A stretch of 20,659 nucleotides of DNA, taken from contig JALTTZ010000090.1 of the NCBI GenBank assembly GCA_027047855.1, positions 1-20,659 of the forward strand, written 5' to 3'. The notes under the pieces are model-generated. The model ran no database searches and had not been told where the DNA came from. It saw only the letters and a program-made list of their open reading frames with translations. This stretch comes from Nitrososphaeria archaeon (GTDB lineage Archaea; Thermoproteota; Nitrososphaeria; Geothermarchaeales; JDFR-13). The position numbers were made by a program, and so were the translations under genes. This document shows positions 8,875-15,322 of the stretch, piece after piece; position 1 is the first letter of the stretch; every line of letters begins with the position of its first letter.

Positions 8875-9162
8875 CTAAAACCCCCTAATCCTAAAATCTT
8901 TCCTAGTCTGAACCCTAGCCAAAATACTCTTCAACTCACCATCACTAATCCTATGATCCAACCTACCCTGAACACCCAACTGAATAATAATATCCTCAAC
9001 CCTCCTAGCCAACTCAGGCTTAACGAGAGAGACCCTTCTAAGCCTCTCCCTAGCCTCAGGAGTAAGAAACTGCCTAAGAAGAGCCTGCCTCTTAACCTGC
9101 TCCTCCTTATCCTCATCCTTAGAGGGTTGCTGAGGCCCCCAATAACTCATAACCAAACTCAC
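8875..9162 (-). CDS. PDCD5/TFAR19-like DNA-binding protein
   Basis: [35 protein letters not shown] fits the PDCD5-like family pattern. It lies between rps19e and rpl39e, as in many archaea. Confidence 0.8.
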   Translation of the reverse strand: MSLVMSYWGPQQPSKDEDKEEQVKRQALLRQFLTPEARERLRRVSLVKPELARRVEDIIIQLGVQGRLDHRISDGELKSILARVQTRKDFRIRGF

Positions 9163-9614
9163 CCCACATACTCCTCATACCAAGGCTTAATATCGAGCTC
9201 CCTCTTAATACTAGCTGCCAACTTATCCAATAAACTACGGCCCTTAGACGTCAAAACCCTACCCTTAGGAGTCTTCTCAACCAAACCAGCCTCCTCCAAC
9301 TGCTGCAGAATCTTCCTAATAATAGCGCCACCACCCTTATAAAAATGCTCCGGCCGGACGCCCCTATCCTTACGCCCACCATACATAAGCCTCAAATCAT
9401 CAACACCCAAAGGCCCCTTCAAATACAACTTCCTCAGAATAGAGGCAGCCCTCTTATACCACCAATCCGGATCATCCGGAGGCCTCTCCCTAGAGACACC
9501 AGTCTTAACCCATAGACTCCACTCCGGAGGCCTAACACTCTCAACCTCAGACTTAATATACACACTCAACCGCTCAATAAAAACATCCGCAGGCACATCC
9601 TTAACACTAACCAC
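9159..9614 (-). CDS. rps19e: Ribosomal protein S19e
   Basis: VSVKDVPADVFIERLSVYIK...PEWSLWVKTGVSRERPP...WWYKRAASILRKLY...GGGAIIRKILQQLE matches S19e. The start is trimmed to GTG 9614, with a TATA box 21-28 nt upstream; the tracked ORF starts at TTG 9635. Confidence 0.9.
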   Translation of the reverse strand: MVSVKDVPADVFIERLSVYIKSEVESVRPPEWSLWVKTGVSRERPPDDPDWWYKRAASILRKLYLKGPLGVDDLRLMYGGRKDRGVRPEHFYKGGGAIIRKILQQLEEAGLVEKTPKGRVLTSKGRSLLDKLAASIKRELDIKPWYEEYVG

Positions 9615-9634
9615 TTCCACACACCCACACAACA

Positions 9635-9642
9635 ATTATATT
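9635..9642 (-). promoter_or_regulatory. TATA box (aatataat on the minus strand) for rps19e
   Basis: It lies 21-28 nt upstream of GTG 9614, which suggests a leaderless mRNA. Confidence 0.45.
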
Positions 9643-9704
9643 CAAATAACCCACAAACCCTATATTTATATCTTAACTAAAACAACAGAAATATATAAAC
9701 AAAA

Positions 9705-9766
9705 GGGTCAGAGAGACCAAAAACCAATCACCAAACAATCATAACTGCTCCAGATCATCATCCCCC
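9705..9766 (-). ncRNA. Candidate C/D box sRNA (62 nt)
   Basis: The minus strand reads GGGGG-AUGAUGA-UCUGGAGCAGUU-AUGA-UUGUUUG-GUGAUUG-GUUUUUGGUCUCU-CUGA-CCC. The C box (RUGAUGA) and D box (CUGA) are perfect, and GGG/CCC closes the terminal stem. The 43-nt interior divides into a 12-nt guide, a degenerate D', a 7-nt loop, a degenerate C' and a 13-nt guide. A TATA box lies 25-34 nt upstream and a T-rich tract (UUUUGUUUAUAUAUUU) follows. Confidence 0.6.
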
Positions 9767-9790
9767 AAAACAAAAAACAAACCAAAAAAC

Positions 9791-9800
9791 TATAAATAAA
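9791..9800. promoter_or_regulatory. Shared, apparently bidirectional TATA box (tataaataaa / tttatttata)
   Basis: Its right edge is 28 nt from the tRNA-Met 5' end (9828). Its left edge is 25 nt from the candidate sRNA 5' end (9766). No other TATA-like element lies between the two divergent RNA genes. Confidence 0.5.
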
Positions 9801-9850
9801 ACCAAAACAAAAAAATACAATATAGACGCCGGGGTAGCTCAGCCTGGCAG

Positions 9851-9872
9851 ACCCCCACACAGGGGGACCCAA
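9851..9872 (+). other. tRNA-Met intron 1 (about 22 nt) in the D-arm, a non-canonical position
   Basis: acccccacacagggggacccaa interrupts the D-loop/D-stem junction. Removing it restores the GCTC/GAGC D-stem. The exact cut is ambiguous by 1-2 nt. Internal hairpin: CCCCC-ACACA-GGGGG. Confidence 0.75.
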
Positions 9873-9887
9873 AGCGCCGGACTCATA

Positions 9888-9923
9888 ATCGAAAAAGGGG
9901 AGCTAAACCCCCTTAAAGGAGAC
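9888..9923 (+). other. tRNA-Met intron 2 (about 36 nt) at the canonical 37/38 position
   Basis: Removing atcgaaaaaggggagctaaacccccttaaaggagac restores the CTCATAA loop and the CCGGA/TCCGG stem. Confidence 0.8.
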
Positions 9924-9961
9924 ATCCGGAAGTCGCGGGTTCAAATCCCGCCCCCGGCACA

Positions 9962-9966
9962 TTTTT
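9962..9966 (+). terminator. Oligo-T (T5) immediately after tRNA-Met
   Basis: The sequence cacATTTTTatg follows the discriminator base directly. Archaeal RNA polymerase terminates at oligo-T tracts. Confidence 0.5.
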
Positions 9967-10023
9967 ATGTATCAATAAATTAACGAGGTTTTTAATCTAC
10001 GTAATTAATAAATAATTTGAAAG

Positions 10024-10554
10024 ATGGTTGCAATGACCTCGTTATATAGAAGGCCTGACATATATGATGCCATTTTCTCTTTGGATCCTATAATCGAGAT
10101 TAATTTTTACAAGGGAATAATTGAGAATTTCGGCATAAGGTTTGATAAACCTGGGGTCGGTGTAATAGATTTTGAGAATGGCACTGGCAAACTCCTCGGT
10201 AAATTACCTGCTGATAAGGCGTTTCTTCTGGGTGTGGATGTGAGTATGGATATAGAAAACATGGTGGGAAGTTTGATGCTATTATAGAAAGCATGAAGTC
10301 TGTACGAAGTCGTGTGGAAAATAATTGACATCAATCAACATCTCAATAAGATGGTAGAGGTAATCACTGTTAAGACAGGTTCAAAATTAGTTCTCCAACA
10401 TAGAGCAATGCTTACAATAATTAAATATGAAGAGTTCCGTAACATAGTTGATGATATAGGTTTTAGATTGGAGTATTGGCTAAAGCCCCTCGAAATAACT
10501 TCATTAAGAAAACCACAACAGGGAAGAATTATAGTAGTCCTTAGAAAGCCTTAA
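10024..10554 (+). pseudogene. Decayed class I SAM-dependent methyltransferase (in-frame stops, frameshift, degenerate motif I)
   Basis: The N-terminal ORF has YDAIFS...VIDFENGTGKL..LGVDVS, which is motif I with GCG replaced by ENG. It ends at TAG 10285-10287 and a TGA follows 2 codons later. The expected GKFDAII (post-motif II) is readable only in another frame at about 10263-10285. The C-terminal piece 10312-10554 returns to the first frame. The total length is far shorter than a normal methyltransferase. Confidence 0.6.
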
Positions 10555-10625
10555 CCGCCATATTTGATTAACAGCCGGAATCAGTATATTATGTTAAATA
10601 TTTATGTCTATGTTTAATTCTTTAT

Positions 10626-10829
10626 ATGCCGCTCATGATGCTGACTATTAAAAAGGGAGTTTATAAGAAGCTTTTGAAGTTGAATAGAAGATGTGAGCGT
10701 TTTAGCGGTTTGCTCCTTAAGTTGGTTAGGAGAGGTCGTAATATTGATATTTTATATGAATTGGCTGGCTCGGTAGATTGGATAGCTAAAGAGGAGTTGC
10801 TCAAAGATATTTATTCACGTAGGTTCTAG
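10626..10829 (+). CDS. Orphan small antitoxin-like protein (archaeal VapB / COG1753-like pattern)
   Basis: TIKKGVYKKLLKLNRRCERFSGLLLKLV resembles the (S/T)IxxxVYxxLxxLK...SFSDVIxxLl pattern of archaeal putative antitoxins. No PIN gene follows; 290 bp of non-coding DNA follows instead. Confidence 0.4.
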   Translation: MPLMMLTIKKGVYKKLLKLNRRCERFSGLLLKLVRRGRNIDILYELAGSVDWIAKEELLKDIYSRRF

Positions 10830-11119
10830 GTAGGAAAGTGTCCTTGAATAAAAGTCCTATTATAGATAATAAATGGAAGTCCAGATAGTGGGGCTGAATT
10901 AATAGTGAACATAGTTGATTCAGGAAAGAAGGTGGGTGCAATTCAATAACCCTTTTTATAAAGATTTATTCAAAATAAGTTGGAATGAGTGGCATCAAGA
11001 GATTATTGGAAATAGGCATCGTAGAGTATAACAAAGATATACAGCTATATTAGTGCTTCATGATGGTTATGCTACGTGTACGCTACAGATTTTTATGAAT
11101 TAGGATATAATTTTATTCA

Positions 11120-12487
11120 GTGATACATATGGAGACCGAGTATGTAAAAAGGGATTATAAGAAGAGGAGTTATTGGTTGGAGCAGTTGGGCGATATTACA
11201 CCTAATCCATCCTTGGAGGGAGAAGGTGAAACAGATATAGCAATTATAGGCGGTGGATACACTGGTTTATCAACAGCTTACCACCTAAAGACCTACGATA
11301 AAGGGGTTGAGGTTGCGCTTCTTGAGGCGGAAATATGCGGATACGGTGCCAGTGGAAGAAATGGAGGATTCAATATGACCCTGTTTGGCTTAACCCCGAC
11401 ACAGACTATGAATACTTTCGGGGTTGAGAAGGGCAGGGAGGCCAGGAAGTTTATGGAGGAGTCCGTAGACTACCTAGCCAATTTCATTAAGGAACATGAG
11501 GTGGACTGTGAATATGAAGGAAGCGGATACCTCTTAGTCGCAACTAATAAGGCCCAGGTAAAGAGACTTAAGGAGGAATTTAAGGCTGCTGAAGAGATGG
11601 ATTTCGAGGGTGTCGAGGAGTGGGATAGAGAGAAGCTTAGGGAGGAGTTTAATACCGATAAGTATTTATTGGGGTGGTTTGAGGAGAGGTGTGGAATACT
11701 TAATCCAGCTAAGTGGGCTAGGGAATTGAAGAGATTGGCTGAGGAAGTGGGGGCTAAAATCTATGAGTACTCGCCAGTATTAAAGGTTGAAAGGGATAAT
11801 GGGGATGGATATAAATATGTTTTGAGGACGCCTAAGGGCATATTGAGAGCCAAGAGAGTTGTGTTTGCCACAAATGCCTACTCAATATTGTTTCCAGAGC
11901 TCTATAAACTCCAGACACCGGCCTTCACAAGGATAGTCTTAACCGAACCTCTGACTGAGGAGCAGATGGAGAGCATTGGATGGAGAAGCAGAGCTGGTAT
12001 AGAGGATGCTAGGAACTTTATTCACTATTACAGACTGACCAAGGACAATAGGATACTATTGGGAGGCGGGGACGTCGGAGTAACCTATGGAAAAAACATG
12101 GAGAAAGACCTAGATAGAAAGAACTTTGAGGAACTAAAGAGATACTTACTGTGGGTCTTCCCCCAGCTAAAAGGCATAAAATTCACCCACGAATGGGGCG
12201 GCCCAGTCTCAATAACTCTCGACATGGCCCCAGCCATCGGATTCCTAGATAGAGACAAAACAATGATATATGCACTAGGCTACATTGGACACGGAGTCTC
12301 AGCAACATTCAACGTAGGAAGAACCCTAGCCGAACTCCTCCTAAACATAGATACACACCGAACCAAACTCTTCATCATAGGCCGAAAAATAAGTACATGG
12401 CCACCAGAACCACTCAGATACATCCTAAGCCAAATAATACGAGGCTACATGAGACTAGAAGACAAACTACGATACGGAGAAAAATAG
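11120..12487 (+). CDS. FAD-dependent oxidoreductase (DAO/glycine-oxidase superfamily)
   Basis: DIAIIGGGYTGLSTAYHL is the dinucleotide-binding GxGxxG motif, and the 455-aa length is typical of the family. The real start may be ATG 11129 (METEYV), which has a TATA-like tttttatgaatt about 30-40 nt upstream. Confidence 0.8.
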   Translation: MIHMETEYVKRDYKKRSYWLEQLGDITPNPSLEGEGETDIAIIGGGYTGLSTAYHLKTYDKGVEVALLEAEICGYGASGRNGGFNMTLFGLTPTQTMNTFGVEKGREARKFMEESVDYLANFIKEHEVDCEYEGSGYLLVATNKAQVKRLKEEFKAAEEMDFEGVEEWDREKLREEFNTDKYLLGWFEERCGILNPAKWARELKRLAEEVGAKIYEYSPVLKVERDNGDGYKYVLRTPKGILRAKRVVFATNAYSILFPELYKLQTPAFTRIVLTEPLTEEQMESIGWRSRAGIEDARNFIHYYRLTKDNRILLGGGDVGVTYGKNMEKDLDRKNFEELKRYLLWVFPQLKGIKFTHEWGGPVSITLDMAPAIGFLDRDKTMIYALGYIGHGVSATFNVGRTLAELLLNIDTHRTKLFIIGRKISTWPPEPLRYILSQIIRGYMRLEDKLRYGEK

Positions 12488-12490
12488 AAG

Positions 12491-12593
12491 TGGTGGGGCC
12501 GGCCGGACTTGAACCGGCGACCTCCCGGTCTTCAGCCTCGCCACGGTCCCACACAAAAACCGCTCGGGCGCTCTCCCGCTGAGCTACGGCCCC
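12491..12593 (-). tRNA. tRNA-Phe (GAA) with one non-canonical intron; CCA encoded
   Basis: The spliced reading is GGGGCCG-TA-GCTC-AGCGGGA-GAGC-G-CCCGG-CTGAAGA-CCGGG-AGGTC-GCCGG-TTCAAGT-CCGGC-CGGCCCC-A-CCA. The anticodon GAA is the complement of 12531-12533. Confidence 0.9.
12537..12564 (-). other. tRNA-Phe intron (28 nt) inside the 5' strand of the anticodon stem (about 29/30-30/31)
   Basis: Removing AGCGGTTTTTGTGTGGGACCGTGGCGAG restores the CCCGG/CCGGG stem. The cut site is ambiguous by 1 nt. Confidence 0.75.
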
Positions 12594-12779
12594 AATATTA
12601 TTAATGGTGTTCTTCGTATTCATAATAAATTGTTTTATGATATTTAAATCTAAAACCTATGATTTGCATAGATTTTTTAGGTACACAACTTTTTATATTA
12701 ATAAAGGTTCGACTTAAATTTGTCTACACCGAGGACAGCGGATTCTAAATATAAATATTAATTAGGAATAATTTTAAGA

Positions 12780-13577
12780 CTAAGCTTTTAATATGGTTAT
12801 TATATTATATACTATTCCATACTGCTTCTTCAATATACTGAAACCAATATTATTGAGAAAACTCTGGAGATCTCGTTTTCTAGAGATATCTATACGGTAG
12901 TTGTTACGATTTGTTTTGATGATGCCCCCTTTCTTAGTGATACATATTGTTCCAGCTCTGACGTTAATATATGGTCCAGTTGCAATTATATTGAAATATT
13001 TCTTCAGCAGATATTGTACATAGTATAGTAATGTTAAATTGTTGTTGTAAAGATGTATTCGTTTGCATCTATAGTTACATCCATCGCTATCATATATTCC
13101 CTTTAAGAAGTTCGCTACAGTCTCTTTATCATATTCAATATATTTCTTTAATGTTTCTAATGTTTGTTGTTTATACCATGTGTAAAACGCCTTAGAACGA
13201 TAGTATACTCTCCATCTATTGGATGCTTTACTCCACTCTGGTTCCTTATATTTCTTGCCAAGTAATATGGACATTGCTTTAGAAAATTCTTTAGCGAACT
13301 CATAGTCCCTAACCTTTAATTCAACTTCATATATGTTTCTTCTAGGCTTAACAAGGCACCCGTCTCCAAGCAGTACCCCTATCACATAGGCCAATCTAAT
13401 AGATGGTTCTGGATGCCACCTAGCGAGCCAAGGCTTCTTGCCTTCATATATCCAATCCTCGACCGTACGCTTCTTAACGCCAAGTCTCTTAGATATCTCA
13501 CTAAGCTTAAACCCATCCTTATACATATCTATAGCCATCTTATACTGATCATAGGAATAACTCCTGTATCCAGCCAT
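12780..13577 (-). CDS. Free-standing double-motif LAGLIDADG homing-endonuclease-like protein with an N-terminal HTH
   Basis: Two LAGLIDADG motifs are present: LAYVIGVLLGDGCL and VANFLKGIYDSDGC. The N-terminal HTH is LSEISKRLGVKKRTVEDWI. A GGAGGT Shine-Dalgarno-like sequence (13585-13590) lies 7 nt before ATG 13577; the tracked ORF starts at GTG 13583. The coding strand is A-rich with A-ending codons, unlike its neighbours. Confidence 0.8.
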   Translation of the reverse strand: MAGYRSYSYDQYKMAIDMYKDGFKLSEISKRLGVKKRTVEDWIYEGKKPWLARWHPEPSIRLAYVIGVLLGDGCLVKPRRNIYEVELKVRDYEFAKEFSKAMSILLGKKYKEPEWSKASNRWRVYYRSKAFYTWYKQQTLETLKKYIEYDKETVANFLKGIYDSDGCNYRCKRIHLYNNNLTLLYYVQYLLKKYFNIIATGPYINVRAGTICITKKGGIIKTNRNNYRIDISRKRDLQSFLNNIGFSILKKQYGIVYNIITILKA

Positions 13578-13876
13578 AAACACTACCTCCTATAACTTGT
13601 AAGAATAATACTTACGGGTGGCTCTATGTCCATATTATATGTGCCCACGATAACATAATCTGCAAAACATCGATGATGCAGGCCGATTCTCTCAACGAGA
13701 CTAGCTCCACTATATCACATCGTTTTAACATATAGCAAGAGTATATCTTGATAAAAGCCGGGTTAGACATTCTCCACATAATTAATTGCTATTTTATATT
13801 TAAACCAAGACTAGTATACAGAACATTATTTAAATTCGGGCAATTATAATGATCCATGTTCTATCTCAAAACTTCT

Positions 13877-14638
13877 TTATAACAGTACGATTGCTATTGC
13901 TCCTAGTAGTGTTATGATTGCTAGTATTAGTGTTAGTACGTATGTTTTTAGTTTCTTGGCTATTGTTAGGAGTGTTTTTAGTGTTGCTAGGCCGGTTATG
14001 TATGCGGTTGGCAATGCGGGCCACGCATTTAGAACCACCGGATTATTTATACTTAGGTAGATTGTAGACAGGATTACCACTGGAACAGAGATAAGATAGG
14101 ATAGTTTGAGGATATCCTGTGGCTTTAGACCTCCCATCGATAGACTGAACATGGTGACTGCGGAGCGGGATATACCTGGTATAACCGCTATTCCCTGGAG
14201 AAGGCCCGTCAGTAAAGCTAGCTTTGTCTGGCCTATAACTATATTCTCTTCTTGGGAAATTTTCATATTCAATGTCGTAGTTATGAGAAAGCCTAAACCG
14301 ATTATAAAGAGGATATATGGGCCGACGGCCACCTCCCTAACAAGCAGATATATAGGAAGCCCACTAAACAGGGACGCCAACGTAGCATAGAGAATAAACC
14401 TAAATAGATCCATGTCTCTAAATAGGAGGACATTAATCCAATCACGATAAAAAAAGGTCACGACCGCCAGCAACGTACCTAAATGCAGAAACAGAGCCAC
14501 ATCAACATAATTAATACTAACACCAAACAACTGACCAAATATGACTAGAAAAGCTTCACTCGACACAGGTAGCCACTCCAAAACACCCTGAATAAAACCC
14601 AACAAAATATACTCAATCATTCCAAACCACAACTGCAC
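13877..14638 (-). CDS. uppP: Undecaprenyl-diphosphatase (UppP/BacA family)
   Basis: A polytopic membrane protein with the N-terminal GFIQGVLEWLPVSSEAFLVI motif (UppP consensus E(F/W)LPVSSxxHL-like) and a later PGISRSAVT motif. Start is GTG 14638 or ATG 14620 (MIEYILLG). Confidence 0.8.
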   Translation of the reverse strand: MQLWFGMIEYILLGFIQGVLEWLPVSSEAFLVIFGQLFGVSINYVDVALFLHLGTLLAVVTFFYRDWINVLLFRDMDLFRFILYATLASLFSGLPIYLLVREVAVGPYILFIIGLGFLITTTLNMKISQEENIVIGQTKLALLTGLLQGIAVIPGISRSAVTMFSLSMGGLKPQDILKLSYLISVPVVILSTIYLSINNPVVLNAWPALPTAYITGLATLKTLLTIAKKLKTYVLTLILAIITLLGAIAIVLL

Positions 14639-14720
14639 TTGTCATATTTAGAGGGAGAATAGATATAAAAACATTATTAAAAACTATTATTTCTTACTGG
14701 TAATATTGTAAATAAGAGGT

Positions 14721-14809
14721 GGGCCCGTGGTCTAGCGGTAGGACAGGTCAGCCCCTAAGGCCGCCCTCGCAAGGCGGAGATCCGGGTTCAATTCCCGGCG
14801 GGTCCACCA
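14721..14809 (+). tRNA. tRNA-Ala (CGC) with a 15-nt non-canonical intron; CCA encoded
   Basis: The spliced reading is GGGCCCG-TG-GTCT-AGCGGTA-GGAC-A-CCGCC-CTCGCAA-GGCGG-AGAT-CCGGG-TTCAATT-CCCGG-CGGGTCC-A-CCA. The G3:U70 alanine identity pair is present. The anticodon CGC is at 14768-14770. Confidence 0.88.
14746..14760 (+). other. tRNA-Ala intron (15 nt) at about position 26/27, between the D-arm and the anticodon stem
   Basis: ggtcagcccctaagg must be removed to place position 26 next to the CCGCC stem. The cut is ambiguous by 1 nt. Confidence 0.7.
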
Positions 14810-14836
14810 CATATAATAGTCCCTACACATTAAGTA

Positions 14837-15322
14837 CTAGTATATTATATACCATGTGCCAAGGGCTATGGCGCAGATCTGGCCCTCCCGGTCAACGATC
14901 TTTCCTTCGCAGACGATGGTTTTCCTTCCTGTCCTGATTACTTTTCCAACTATTTTGAAGGGAGAATTGTTTTTGGCCATAGGTTTAAGGAAGTTTATCT
15001 TGAGTTCAAGAGTTACTTGATTATTCCCTGGATTAACTGTTAAAGCCGATGTGCCCATAACTTGATCTAGAAGCGCAGTAACTATGCCTCCATGAAGTAT
15101 TCCCCCTATCCGGGTATGCCGCTCATCGAATTTATAGAATGCCTCGGCCCTGCCCCTCGAAATATCCTCAAACATTAACCCAAGGAAATCATGCATAGGG
15201 CTATTTGCCTTAAACATATCATTTAACTGAGGCAGCCGTTCTTTAATTACTCCCTCGTCAATCATCCTTTGGAGAAATTTTATTGGGGATCTATAACTCT
15301 CCATACCTCTATTCACCATCAC
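14837..15322 (-). CDS. PaaI/hotdog-fold thioesterase family protein
   Basis: GGILHGGIVTALLDQVMG is the PaaI-type thioesterase signature, and the 161-aa length is typical. Confidence 0.8.
   Translation of the reverse strand: MMVNRGMESYRSPIKFLQRMIDEGVIKERLPQLNDMFKANSPMHDFLGLMFEDISRGRAEAFYKFDERHTRIGGILHGGIVTALLDQVMGTSALTVNPGNNQVTLELKINFLKPMAKNNSPFKIVGKVIRTGRKTIVCEGKIVDREGQICAIALGTWYIIY

Larger units (their letters stand above)
9828..9959 (+). tRNA. Elongator tRNA-Met (CAT) with two introns; no encoded CCA
   Basis: The spliced reading is GCCGGGG-TA-GCTC-AGCCTGGCA-GAGC-G-CCGGA-CTCATAA-TCCGG-AAGTC-GCGGG-TTCAAAT-CCCGC-CCCCGGC-A, a perfect cloverleaf. The anticodon CAT is at 9884-9886. Confidence 0.9.

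Noticed and set aside
1376-9342. Many plus-strand ORFs of 60-207 aa (for example 1846-2274, 2799-3113, 3223-3723, 3825-4250, 6593-7015, 8255-8878, 8953-9342)
   Set aside because: All are antisense to strongly supported ribosomal or translation genes. They are Ser/Thr/Pro/Leu-rich, as expected from reading a purine- and G/T-rich sense strand backwards. They have no independent promoter or motif support.
9828-9959. Initiator tRNA-Met or tRNA-Ile2 (CAU) identity for the CAT tRNA
   Set aside because: The acceptor stem starts with a G1-C72 pair (GCCGGGG) rather than the A1 (A1:U72) acceptor start I associate with archaeal initiators. The anticodon stem CCGGA/TCCGG lacks the three consecutive G:C pairs of initiators. 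The sequence resembles elongator Met more than the Ile2 pattern I remember. Ile2 cannot be fully excluded without a classifier.
11050-11095. Possible C/D box sRNA (ATGATGG ... CAGA followed by TTTTT)
   Set aside because: Both boxes are imperfect. Only about 19 nt separate them, too short for the C-D'-C'-D architecture. No terminal complementarity.
12350-12450. Minus-strand ATGATGA (complement of 12374-12380) as a C box
   Set aside because: The nearest downstream CUGA is about 69 nt away, no terminal stem exists, and it lies inside the oxidoreductase coding sequence.
12397-12623. ORFs 12397-12582 (+) and 12414-12623 (-)
   Set aside because: They run through the tRNA-Phe gene and its intron. 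Their GC-rich arginine/proline content is an artefact of the tRNA sequence.
9960-14720. Integrated element with tRNA-derived att repeats at tRNA-Met, tRNA-Phe or tRNA-Ala
   Set aside because: I looked for a second copy of each tRNA 3' half (for example gggttcaaatcccgcccccggca, ggttcaagtccggccggcccca) in the window and found none. No integrase gene is present. The AT-rich LAGLIDADG islet abuts the 5' side of tRNA-Phe, not the 3' side. A boundary outside the window cannot be excluded.
14719-14937. 72-aa plus-strand ORF
   Set aside because: It starts inside tRNA-Ala and continues antisense to the PaaI thioesterase 3' end. tRNA-Ala and the PaaI gene, which it merely overlaps, fully account for this stretch.
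9640-15200. Replication origin or terminus as the cause of the skew switches
   Set aside because: There are at least six sign changes within 11 kb, several of them inside genes. No orc1/cdc6 gene, ORB-like repeats or obvious unwinding element lie nearby. Replication-associated skew would switch once, not in 300-900 bp patches.
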